Shown here piece by piece: positions 52,749 to 64,000 of a stretch of 64,000 nucleotides of DNA. The notes beneath the pieces were generated by a model. The model worked only from the letters and a program-made list of their open reading frames with translations. It had not been told where the DNA came from and did not search any database. This DNA is from Mytilus edulis (lineage: Eukaryota): positions 65,596,001-65,660,000 of the forward strand of contig NC_092348.1 of the NCBI RefSeq assembly GCF_963676685.1, read 5' to 3'. How positions within the stretch are numbered: position 1 is the stretch's first letter; the number at the start of each line of letters is the position of its first letter. The position numbers and the translations under genes are program-made.

Positions 52749-55700
52749 AACAAGTGTCTGTAGTCTGTTAGCGTCCTACATATGTTTGTTAGTGTAACCT
52801 TTTAAAAGGTTTTGTTTTGAATAAATCTTGAATCATGTATTAGTAAGTGTTTATTCCTAAAAAATAAAGATAAGTGTTTTTATTTAAAAAAAAAATAAAG
52901 TGACATTTTAAAAATGTAAACACATTTTGTTTTTTGAACTATTTTTACATAGTGCATAATGAATACTGTCGTGATGAAATTTCAGAGATATCTATGTATA
53001 TGTTTTGGATATATGATAATATATTAATCATTCATTTTACAACCAATTTTGGGGGGAACCGCGTTGACCGAGTGGTCTAAGTAGAAACTACAATGTAGTG
53101 TACCATTAGCCTGTTAACACTGGGGTTGTGAGTTCAAATCTTGCACATAGCAGGTATGCGCGGCTCAAATATCAATTGATAGGATTGATCGTTTTACTTT
53201 CGAAAATCGTTGGTTCTCTTTGGCTTCGACTGCTAATAAAACTTGACGTCATACAATTTGCACAATATGGTTGAAGGTGGTGTTAAACATCAATCAATAA
53301 ATCAATTAATCATGCATTTTAATTATTCAAATATTATTCTCAATCAATATTTTTTTTCAAGAAAATAAAAGAAGTCATTGCATACTTGTTTCGATTTTCA
53401 CTAAGTTTAATGTACTAAACTAAGTTTTGATTACAACTCCTTTAAAAAATATTTCAAATCCCTTATATGTACTATAACTTGACCGCAGAATAAAACACTG
53501 AAATCAAACTGCCAATTTGAAGAGCAAAAATCAAAACTGAAAATTTCCGCTTAAATCAATAAATTGCAAAAGACCACCTGCGGACCCTTCAGCATCGGAT
53601 TTAACTTCCTTATTTTTATTCGTCATGGTTGAGAACTAAATATATTCCAGACAGCCAAGCGGACTCCTGACTTTAGCGAGGGTTTTGATGCCTGTGAAAA
53701 GATGACAAAGTTAATAATATGTCTATTCCTAAGTCACAGTAAAAGGAAAGTACACCAGACACACTTTTTGTTTACAAAAGTAATGTTTTCTTTGGGTAGA
53801 CAATCCTTTGCACACCAAATTATTCAAAGTTTGGTCATTTCGAAAGAGAAATAAAAAAAACATCCAAAACAAATTCAGATATGACAGTCCCTTATCAAAT
53901 GGCAAATCAAAAACCTCATCACAAACGGCAAACGAAAGAAAAACATCTATAATTTTCCGGCTACATACATTTCCTTATGTAGAATATGATGGAGTAAATC
54001 TTGATTCATATGTTAATTTTTCACATCAATTTCAATTTTACTGACATCAATATTAATTTAGAATGATGGCCATACCAATAATAATTCATATCAACAGAAA
54101 TGCAGACTACTGGTCTGGTAATAACCCCAGGGTGATAAACCTCCACCAACAATGGCATCGTCCAATAGGTTGTACACTCATTCATAATAAATACCAGACT
54201 TTAAACGTTGCACGTCAGCCAAGCGTTCCGTCTTCAAAAGACTAACCAGTGACGTTCGAAAAAAAAACCCGTTTGTCACATTGAGAGAAGAGAATTCCAA
54301 AAAGTTTTGCCTAATACAGATAAGGTTACCTTTTTTTTTTTTTTTAGAAAACTCTATTAAAGTATTTCTAAGAATTAGTTTTTTGCAAACAATGCTTGTG
54401 ACTATATTTATCATTATTCATGTCAAAACAAATGCTGGTTTCTGGGTTATTACCTTATCTGTTATATAGAAGGGTACCTCAGTGATAGATTACTTTTAAA
54501 AAAGTAGAATTATTTGTTCTCCTGATGATTTTTCTTAACATTATAAATGGATCTTTAAATCTTACTGTCTGTTGTCTGGTGTTAATTGTAAACTTTAAAA
54601 ATTAAGTTTAGAGACAGAAGATAGGCAATACGATATGTAATATTTTGCACACATTGTTTAACAACATCTTTTTATTTAATTGAAGAAACACATTGAATGA
54701 AAATTCTATAAATAGTGCACATTTAAGTTCAAAGAATAATAAGAAAGTGAAAAAGTATTTCAATACTATCCTTCAATTTTTTTCATTCAGAACCAGTCAG
54801 AAGATTATTCTTGCAAATTAAGATGTTGTTAATTGTTCAAGTTGATTAAAATAATATATATAGCGTCATACACGTCATTGTTGTTGCATACATTATTCAA
54901 AGAATAGACGAGGTCTTGGTAAAAAATATGTTTAATACAAAAAGAAAAAAAAAAAAAACTAAATGAGCTTGACTTTGTAGGGCTGTAAGCGTAAACCCTA
55001 TGATTATTCAATTTTGAAACTACGAACTTAAGTAAGGTAAAAGTTAAATCCAAATAACACTGAACTCTGAGGCTACTTTAAAACGGAAAGTCCCCAACCT
55101 AAATGGCAAAATTGTAAATGCATCAAAAACTAGTTTGAAGCAATGTGATTATTTGATCAAATTAACCAAATAAACTCATCATAGATATTATCCCTTATAT
55201 GAAGTTTTTAGAAAATAATCTATGAATCGATTTTGGATATATGTTTCCTGATTATTTTTTTTAAAGTAACTCAATCACAACATTTTTGTGGATTTCAAAA
55301 GCCTCCAAGCTAGATAAATAACTTATACTGTAGATCAAACTTTCGCCTTAAATGACATGACAGCACTTCGTTATTCCCTTTAGACTGCATTATAATTTCT
55401 GATATGTCATTGCGAAATTATAGAACTGTATTCTATAAATTAAAAAAACCATAAGGCGTACCAATGCGTTTATGGCGCTGCCGCAGCTCTTTATTATTAA
55501 CAAGTGTTGTACTTTTACAGGATCCCATGAAAAATAGATAGACACGCTTTGATATGCCATCCTTAGAAAATTAAGTTTATAAACATTTAAAAGGCTTGTT
55601 TTTAGCTAAACAAAACATATGTATCTCATATTTTAAACCACACAGCGGAACAGGCAGGCATGACTATTATTAAATGGTAATATGCACGTAAGAATTTCTA

Positions 55701-56934
55701 ATCCACATACCCAATCCCAACCTTCTTTTCCCGTTTGCGTATGCATCAATATATCAGGGATAAGTGAAGAATCACTTTTACGTTTTTATGAGACAAAATG
55801 TTATCTCTATTTGAAAATACTTTTTAAAATTAACAGATCAGGATAGTCACCCGATGTTCAAAAATAACGGCATTGTTGTTCATGTAAGTTCAAATAATAA
55901 TTATCAGGGGTTTAAATGTTGAAAGAAAATGAAGATAACAATTGTGTGATTTCCAATGAGACAAATATCCACCATAAGAAAGGACGAGAATATAAGCAGA
56001 TGTAGGGCACGATACGATATTCAACAAAGGGCAACATCTAAGCTGCATATAAAGGGCCTGGAATATGATACAAGCCAGAAGACACTGCAATTTACCGATA
56101 ATTGAAGTAAAAATTTACACCATATGCATGCATAGATGGTCGAAACAGTTTGTCTGGTCAGAGCAGTGATAGATAATTAAAAGACCAATGAGACCAATAA
56201 TATATGGTAATAGAAGACTGGGTTGTAGTTCAAGTCCATATATAAAAATGGCTCGTTTTGTCGGACTACAAAGGAAATAACTCTCTGACACCGTCTCGAT
56301 ATAATCAATCTCATATTTGTGAAAACCTGTATTAATTTGAGTATATAACGAATGTTTTTCTTTTGATTTAAAACTCCATGAAGTTGCCAAACTATCTATG
56401 TAATAGATAAGAGTATATTTTTAATATTTATTTTAATTTTTAAATTGAACTGGATTTAAGGAGGTAGAGCGGATTGTTGAATTCAGAGGAACTGTTTTAA
56501 TTTGCCAATTTTTACAATGAGGAGTTGTTGTATGATAATCAACGAGACGACTATCAATCAGAGACCAAACAACAGGGAAGCATATAAGTTACCGTACATG
56601 CCTCACCAATTACCAATACATTGTATAATTACAATGTATATGTTTCGGACCATAGGAGTATTTGGATCATATGAGTATGGTCATGACCATATGGGTATAC
56701 ACACTGTATATTCATAGGATCTGGGTATTTAATAATTTGATATCAGTTACCTTTACAATTGATTGCACTCTTCAATGTGTCATAAATTAATAAGTTTGAA
56801 AAGTGAAATCTGAATAATCAATTAAAAAAAAACGATTATCATTGTTACATGATTTATAGAATAAATCAAATATTTTATTAAGGTGTAAACATTATAATAA
56901 ATGATTGATGTTTCCTCACAAAACACAATATATC

Positions 56935-57094
56935 CATAGGCGGATCCAGGGGGCCCTGGGGGCCCGCCCCCCCCCCCCCTTTCGTGGGAAAAATTTGGTT
57001 GATTATATAGGGAATCATTGAAGCATGACTGTAGCGGGCCCCCCTTAGGTTAGTCAGCGGGCCCCCCTTAGGAAAAGTTCTGGATCCGCCACTG
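56935..57094. mobile_element. 160-bp MITE with a 5-bp TSD (hAT5-like)
   Basis: TIRs CATAGGCGGATCCAG / CTGGATCCGCCACTG and TSD ATATC. The empty site is visible in the paralogue at about 41512. Confidence 0.9.
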
Positions 57095-58561
57095 ATATCG
57101 ACACCGCCTATAACTCAAAAAAATATCTAAATGAACCGTCTAACAAGAAATCAACTGTTACTAATCTTAACTCAAATAAAACCCCACATACACCAAACGA
57201 CAGGATGAATTTGTCGACAGCGTAAAGTAGCTTCAAATTGACTATAGCTAAAGAAAGGCATCAGTTATACTTAAATTCAGACAATAGATCAAATATATAG
57301 GGATTTATATAAAAAAAAAGTAAAATCACAAAACATCGAACTTCGTTGAAAATTTCAACGGAAAGTCCGTAATCAAATGGCAAAATCAACAAACCTTCAA
57401 CACATTAATGGGCAACAGCTGTCATATTCCTGACTTGGCACAGGCATTGTCTCGTGTAGAAAAAAATATAATAAGCCGTTTTCCTTAGAAGAAGTTAGAA
57501 AAATATCAATATGTTCTAAATACTGCTTTATAAAAAAAAACCCATAGAATATATATTTATTAAGATATAATAAACTAAGATACATACCACATGATATACA
57601 TACAATACAATAAACATCATTTGGCGTTTAGCAGTCTCGGTTGCTGTCACAGTGATTGATTAATTCCCAAGCTTGAGAATCATAGCAATCAGAAGATCTG
57701 AGTTTATGCTTGAACTTCTGAATAACGATAAGGCACTAACTTTAAGTTCATGCTTGAACTTACTGCTGGACCTATTCTTGTTTATGACTACAAGCATGTA
57801 GATCAAAAACGTCAGTGATAGAAGTCCATGCACTGACGTCAGGACTGACTTAGAAACTTCTAGCATGTGTCTGGTCTATTTAAAATTTAAAATTTAACCA
57901 AATTACTGCTATAAGTCCCATTAACTATGACATTAACTATGACAAGCAACTTATACATCAATAACTCTGCATCAAATTTGGGGAAATTGAGTAAATAATA
58001 ACGAAAATATGCCAAATACAGTTGATGACCGGTATTAAAAGGAGACAACTGAACCCCAAATGAAGATGTTTACTGTAAATTCAAAATCTACTGAGTGCGT
58101 ATGGCAATGATAAATTTCGCATTTAATAGATGATACTATATCTTTCTACAGATTTTCTGAAATCGCAATGATATATGCACGCATCAAATTCTGAATTTAC
58201 AGTATATTTTGAACAAAGATTTGTAACATTATTAATATATCTCAATATGTAAATTGATATACAAATGAACTTTATATCAGATGCGAATAGATAAATAGCA
58301 ATTAAAACGTCAATTACTTATCGTTTATCAGTATGTAATTCCGGCGTGCTGGAAAACACTGTAAAATTTTAGTGATAAGCACAATTGTTCTGATTAACTA
58401 GCAGGCATTGCCAAGTACAATAATATGAAGATGCTACGATAAAATGAAAAAAATACAGTTCCCAAAGCAAAAACATTCACTACAATACTGTTGTTTAATA
58501 TCTAAAAAATTGATAATAAACGATGGTTTCTTTAAATGCCATTAAAAATAATAAGATTTAA

Positions 58562-58708
58562 TTTCATTTAAAATGTCAAAATATATTGTTAGGCTATCGA
58601 ATGTATTCGACACGCTATTACAAAATTAAAAATATTGATCAATCCATGATATAAAATATAAAGAAGATACTGCATAAACGCTAAGACGAATTCCTAGAAG
58701 TCTGTAAG
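58562..58708 (+). promoter_or_regulatory. Core promoter (TATAAA 58657-58662) and non-coding exon 1 of pseudogene copy C
   Basis: Paralogous to the A and B promoters; donor AAG|GTACAC at 58709. Confidence 0.55.
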
Positions 58709-58810
58709 GTACACAATTAATTTGCTTTTATGTTCTTTTGTTCAAATTGTTGTTATATTGATTTGTTATATTTTATTCTATTGTATGAATACTACTACTC
58801 TATTTTCAGA

Positions 58811-60059
58811 ATGTTTCCATTCAGCTGTGCCATTGTTGCCTTGGTAGCCACTACATAGGGACATGATTGTACAAAATACAGCCTGACACCATCAGACCAG
58901 TCTATTATTGATATGATGAAGCATTATTTGCATACTTCACGGAAAGCAGATTGTCCTGTAACAACTTCACATCAGGGTAAGAAAAAAGTAGAAAAATATA
59001 CAAATCAAGGTAACCAAAAAAAAAAAAAAAAAAAAAAATGGAACTCGGAGTCCAATCAAACTCAAATTACGGAACGATTGAAAAACAACTGCTATATCGA
59101 ATAAACAGAGATTCAGAGATAAATGATGTGTCGACAAGATAAGACTTTTCCGTTATGCATGTATCACCCACAGTACAAATTCATACTCAGTCAAACTCTC
59201 ATCATTAGAAAAGAGACACAACTGATAAAGTTACAGATCAGACGAATAGATCGCAGAAAAATAAAATATTCTTTCTAATCAAACTACTGGGTGTGATTAT
59301 ATAAATAAGTTTGCTTTTGTTGAATTTTTATAAATGTTTAAAGAAAAGAAACTTGGAAATTATTTAGGAAAATGAGTATTCAGGTGATTATATCCTCACC
59401 AAAATGTTCTTTACCAATTGAACTTGTATTAAATCATAAATATAAACTGGAGCCAGAGGCAAAACGTTAAAAGTAATGGATTAGATAAGATGGACTAAGC
59501 TTCTCTAGTTATTCATATTCAATACGCAGTATGCAGGAGGAATGGGAAAGTTTCTGTGTTAATGATACCAGGTAGTTTCATTATTAATATTTGTTTACAC
59601 CATTAGTTAGAAAAGAATAATAAATATGTTATAAAATAGTTGGTACATTAATATCCTATATCGTCACATAATATTGTTAATTATAAGGTTCAACATAAAT
59701 GATCTTGAATGGTACGGCTTAACATAATGTTCTGTATAATCAAAATCATTATTTCCAATTATAAAGTAATAACTCGTTTTAATATAGAAACTGCATATTT
59801 TTACATTTTTTTATTTAGGAAAAAAGTCCTGTTACAAAGGATGGCAATTCGAGTACAATGGCTTCTTGATGAGTGAACATATATAGGACATAACATTAAA
59901 GAATATATATGTATGGACGGAGAGGCGGAACCATTGGACAATCGGTCTTCGAACGAAGAAGGTGCTTTGTTTTATCCTGTCAGAGCGAAATGTGGTAGTC
60001 TGAGATGTCCTCCATACAAAGATAACACTGAAGTGCTTTGTACAGTTTGTACAAAATAA
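58811..60059 (+). pseudogene. Pseudogene copy C of the secreted C4-like domain protein
   Basis: TAG at 58856-58858 in the signal peptide. The junction at about 59525 lacks 725 bp relative to copy B (45635-46359: all of exon 3 and most of exon 4). A 2-nt insertion near 59880 frameshifts the last exon. Confidence 0.92.
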
Positions 60060-63000
60060 AATATATAACGTTCTTGTTTTTTCACTCAATTAATATCTAA
60101 GAGTTTTTGACAAATAGTATTCAACAAGAGTATTGGACAAATAGTATTCAACAGTCCTTGACATGTAAAATAAAAAACAAGTTTCTTTATCATATGATAT
60201 AATTTTGAGCTGTCCAGTTTCTTTATATTGAGGATAACAAGTTATGATTCTTCTTTTTATGCGAGTAGCTCGGCCAGCCATTTCAAGTTGTTCTTGTTAT
60301 TGACCTTGTGTATGTAGTGAAGTAAAAAATTACTGTTCCCATTTTAAAATAATGGATTCAATATTACATATTCGTTATGCCTTCCGTTTTCTATTTGTTA
60401 GAATTCATACTAATGACGTAATAATGAATATTACACTTTGTACATTCCATGTTCCCAAACCGCGTAACTGATTCGCTTAAACCCTAGCATCTGTCATTTG
60501 AAAGCCAGGAACGTATAAATATGTCGAAACTTTATGAGCTGTACGACCAAAAGTTATATAAAAAATTGTAAAATTCGGCTTTGGTCAACAATACCTGAGG
60601 GAGTTGTAAATATCTTTATTCAAGGTAGAATTTAGCAAGAACATGTTATAATTCCTGTCTGTACCAACGTTAACGCATTGAGTACTGAGCTTATTAAACT
60701 ATGGTAGCTGATCGAGGATTTACATTCAAACAGTAGAGTTATCTACCAAGTAATACAACTTAATCACAATCTTTATATCTGAACCGTGAACAAATAGATG
60801 GTTTTCTTCTTTGTTTACAATCTCTATAGAAATTTAGAGGTGATTACGTCTCCTAAAACCATTCAGTACCTTATTATAATCGATTTGTCTTCCTTTGTCA
60901 CTTTCGTCAAAGTGTCAGAAACAAAAGGTTTTGATAACTTGAGTATTCCTTACTCGATTCAAATGTGAGTTATACAAATCGGAGATTTAGGAGGGAAAAC
61001 GCCTATTGCTTCTTGAATTAATAGGTCAAGGTTATTATAAAAAATAAAATTGTGTTTAGTAAAATTCTGTATGGTTTCTTGAGTTAAATCGATATGAAAC
61101 TAATATATATGGAAGATATAGGAAGTGAAAAGAAGTCTACTGGTTTCGTTTGGTGTATTGTCAAAAGTTGAGGTCACTATCACTTAATATAGAAAATTGG
61201 AAAAACTTTGTTAGGATCGTCATTTGATTTTTTCTTGCATTATCAGAATACTCTAACACAAACGGAAGCTGAACCCTAATGATTTTGTAATCAACATATG
61301 TCAACGGTCAAGGTCAATTTTTCTAAAATTAAGAGGTCAATTTCTGGATGGTATCAAAATATGAATTATACAGATGAAAAATAAGCAATAGTAGCACACG
61401 TTTATTTGAAATGTACTTCTATTTTGAAACTTTGAAATAAAAATGTTTCTCATTGAATTCGCAGTTTGTGGAGCAAGTCTTTTTTGCAGCGACAGAATTT
61501 TACTTTGTTGTCATATGTTTTTATAAATTCATTACGAAAAACAGACTTATATTTGTGCACGCCAGACTCACGCTACATAAACGTATACAAAAGACTTATT
61601 TTTGACGCTCGAATTAAAAAGGTTTAAAAGGCAAACAATGTTTGACGTTGACGAGCATTGTGGACTATATTTTCCAAAAGGTTTTTCCATACATAGCTCA
61701 TGTTATTTATCCCTAAAATAGAAAATCCTTGGTATTTCGACGAATTCAAAGAAAATAGACTACTAGACTAAACTAATAATTTTACTAGATTGAAACAGTC
61801 TCATTCAGGCAAATGACTTCACTACTCTCGATAAAAAAAAATTGAAGAGTTTTGGAGAAAAAAAGACAAAAATCACCATTCGAAATAGACATGGCGATGT
61901 AGCGCGATTAAGCTTAAAATGTATTACAATTTTGTTTGTACACTACAAATCCTATAAACAGTACCGATTTTACTGCGCCATAGATACATTTCGACCATTA
62001 ATGTCTCTTCAGTGATTCTCGAAGTCAAAACATTTGAAAATCTGAATCTAAATACAAACATTGAATAGCCGATCTACCAAAATGGTCTAAAGGAGTACGG
62101 GCTATAATGACATAAAATGGCTCTAGATTTACAAAATCATAAAAATTCAAAAAGAGCTAATTTTTCTCAAAAAAATATTAGAATATGAGACAATGATTAA
62201 AACTAAATGTTTTTATCTATCAAAAAAAAGTGTTATGACGTCACAATGCTAGGTGCAAAAGAAGTCATAATCAGAAATATAAGCAAAAATATAGAATTTG
62301 GAAAGGTTATGCTACATTTTGACCACCGCACCATCCTTGCACCAATTAGAAATTTTCAGATAAAAAATGTTTTGGGTGCAAGGTTGAAGCGAAAGTTTAT
62401 TTTAAATTTTTCAGTGTCAGGGAAGCAATAAAAAGCTGAAATTTGCCGTAAAAATTAGACGTATTCCTTTGGCAAAGTTTATACGTTCTTATGATTCCAG
62501 TTCCATGTATTTAGTTTTGATGTTATATTTGTTATTCTCGTGGAATTTTGTCTGTTGCTTGGTCCGTTTCTGTGTGTGTTACATTGTAGTGTTGTTTCGT
62601 TGTTCTCTTATATTTAATGCGTTTCCCTCAGTTTTAGTTTGTTACCCCGATTTTGTTTTTTGTCCATGGATTTATGAGTTTGAACAGCGGTATACTACTG
62701 TTGCCTTTATTTATGCTTATACGAATTTTACCTTTTTGCTTATGAATCAGTAACATGAATTTCTTATTCTATTTTTGTAAGCATACCTAGTTTTACTTTA
62801 AAAAAAAACCGAAAGCAATGAACTACATATTGTCAGGGAGTAAACGAAAACTTTGAGGATCATTTTCATTTAATATGAAATTTTAATAGACATGCAAAAT
62901 ATCAAGTTCTGTACATTCTAATATTTCTGCTAATTTCAATTCAAAAATCTTGTGTTTGAATGAGGCAATCTTCTGATATAAGAGTAGGTTCCATGATTTG

Positions 63001-63066
63001 TGTAAGAAAAAAAGAGGGGAATGGAAGTAATTCCAGAAAACAAAGTATACCGAATTTAAGAGATTC

Positions 63067-64000
63067 ATTTTTAGCTCACCTTTCGAAAAGGAAATGTGAG
63101 CTTTTGCCATCACTTGGCATCCGTCGTCGTCCGTCCGTCGTCGTCGTCCGTCCGTCGTCGTCGTCCGTCCGTCGTAAACTATTTCAAAGATCTTCTCCTC
63201 TGAAACCACTGAACCAATTCAAACCAAACTTCATCTGATTGATTCCTAGGGTATCTAGAATAAAGTTTGTGTTTTAATTTCCATTTCATCAAAAAACATG
63301 GCCGCCATGGCTAAAAATAGAACATAGGGGTAAAATGCAGTTTTTAGCTTATAACTCAAAAACCAAAGCATTTAGAGCAAATCTTACACGGGTAAAATTG
63401 TTTATCAGGTCAAGATCTATCTGCCCTGAAATTTTCAGATGAATCGGACAACCCGTTGTTAGGTTGCTGCCCCAGAATTGGTAATTTTAAGGAAATTTTG
63501 CTGTTTTTGGTTATTATCATGAATATTATTATAGATAGAGGTAAACTGTAAACAGCAAAAATGTTCAACAAAGTAAGATTTACAAATAAGTCAACATGAC
63601 CGAAATGGTCAGTTGACCCCTTTAGGAGTTATGGACCTTTATAGTTAATTTTTAACCATTTTCCGTAAATCTTAGTTATCTTTTACAAAAAATTTCTCCT
63701 TTGAAACTACTTGGCCAAATTGAACCAAACTTGGCAACAATCATCATTGGGGTAACTAGTTTAAAAATTGTGTCCGGTGATCCGGCCAACCAACCAAGAT
63801 GGCCACCATGGCTAAACATAGAACATAGGGGTAAAATCAGTTTTTGGCTTATAACTCAAAAACCAAAGCATTTAGAGCAAATCTGACCGAGGTTAAATAG
63901 TTTATCAGGTCAATTTCTATTTGCCCTGAAATTTTCAGATGAATCAGACAACCGATTGTTAGGTTGCTGCCTCTGAATTGGTTATTTTACGAAAATTTTG
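63067..64000 (+). mobile_element. HINE, segmental-duplicate counterpart of 49895-51450 (runs off the window)
   Basis: Same insertion site and near-identical sequence. Confidence 0.85.

Larger units (their letters stand above)
53850..64000 (+). repeat. Segmental tandem duplicate of about 31900-50830 (unit carrying gene copy C)
   Basis: Collinear matches 34321/54111, 41200/56620, 44222/58811, 46924/60090 and 49787/62960. The unit around copy A (about 23900-31100) is a more diverged third copy. Confidence 0.92.

Overview
AT-rich, intron-containing animal DNA. The repeat complement (hammerhead-bearing retrozyme/Penelope-type repeats, Helentron-type HINEs, tRNA-SINEs) points to a bivalve, most likely a Mytilus-like mussel; this is inferred from recalled repeat sequences, not a database result. 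Genes assembled by hand from splice sites: (1) a 7-exon cytosolic alpha-carbonic anhydrase on the minus strand (6413-16402, about 264 aa; zinc ligands intact, His64 position is Leu, putative GC-AG first intron). (2) A tandem cluster of three paralogues of a secreted, collagen-free protein with a short-chain-collagen-C4/NC1-like cysteine-rich domain. Copy A (26347-28914) has a GA instead of GT donor. Copy B (44222-46893) is intact and followed by five extra in-frame copies of its N-terminal exon. Copy C (58811-60059) is a pseudogene. The rest is nested mobile DNA: a 3.8-kb fold-back Academ-like relic inserted into a hammerhead-ribozyme repeat, a tRNA-containing solo LTR, MITEs with 5-bp TSDs, TATG-ended MITEs, a Harbinger-like element, a LINE 3' end, HINEs and two minisatellites. 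The most novel-looking structure is the copy B array of 129-nt phase-1 cassettes separated by 14-nt GT..AG spacers, a possible nascent combinatorial splicing system. Most ORFs in the supplied track are spurious.
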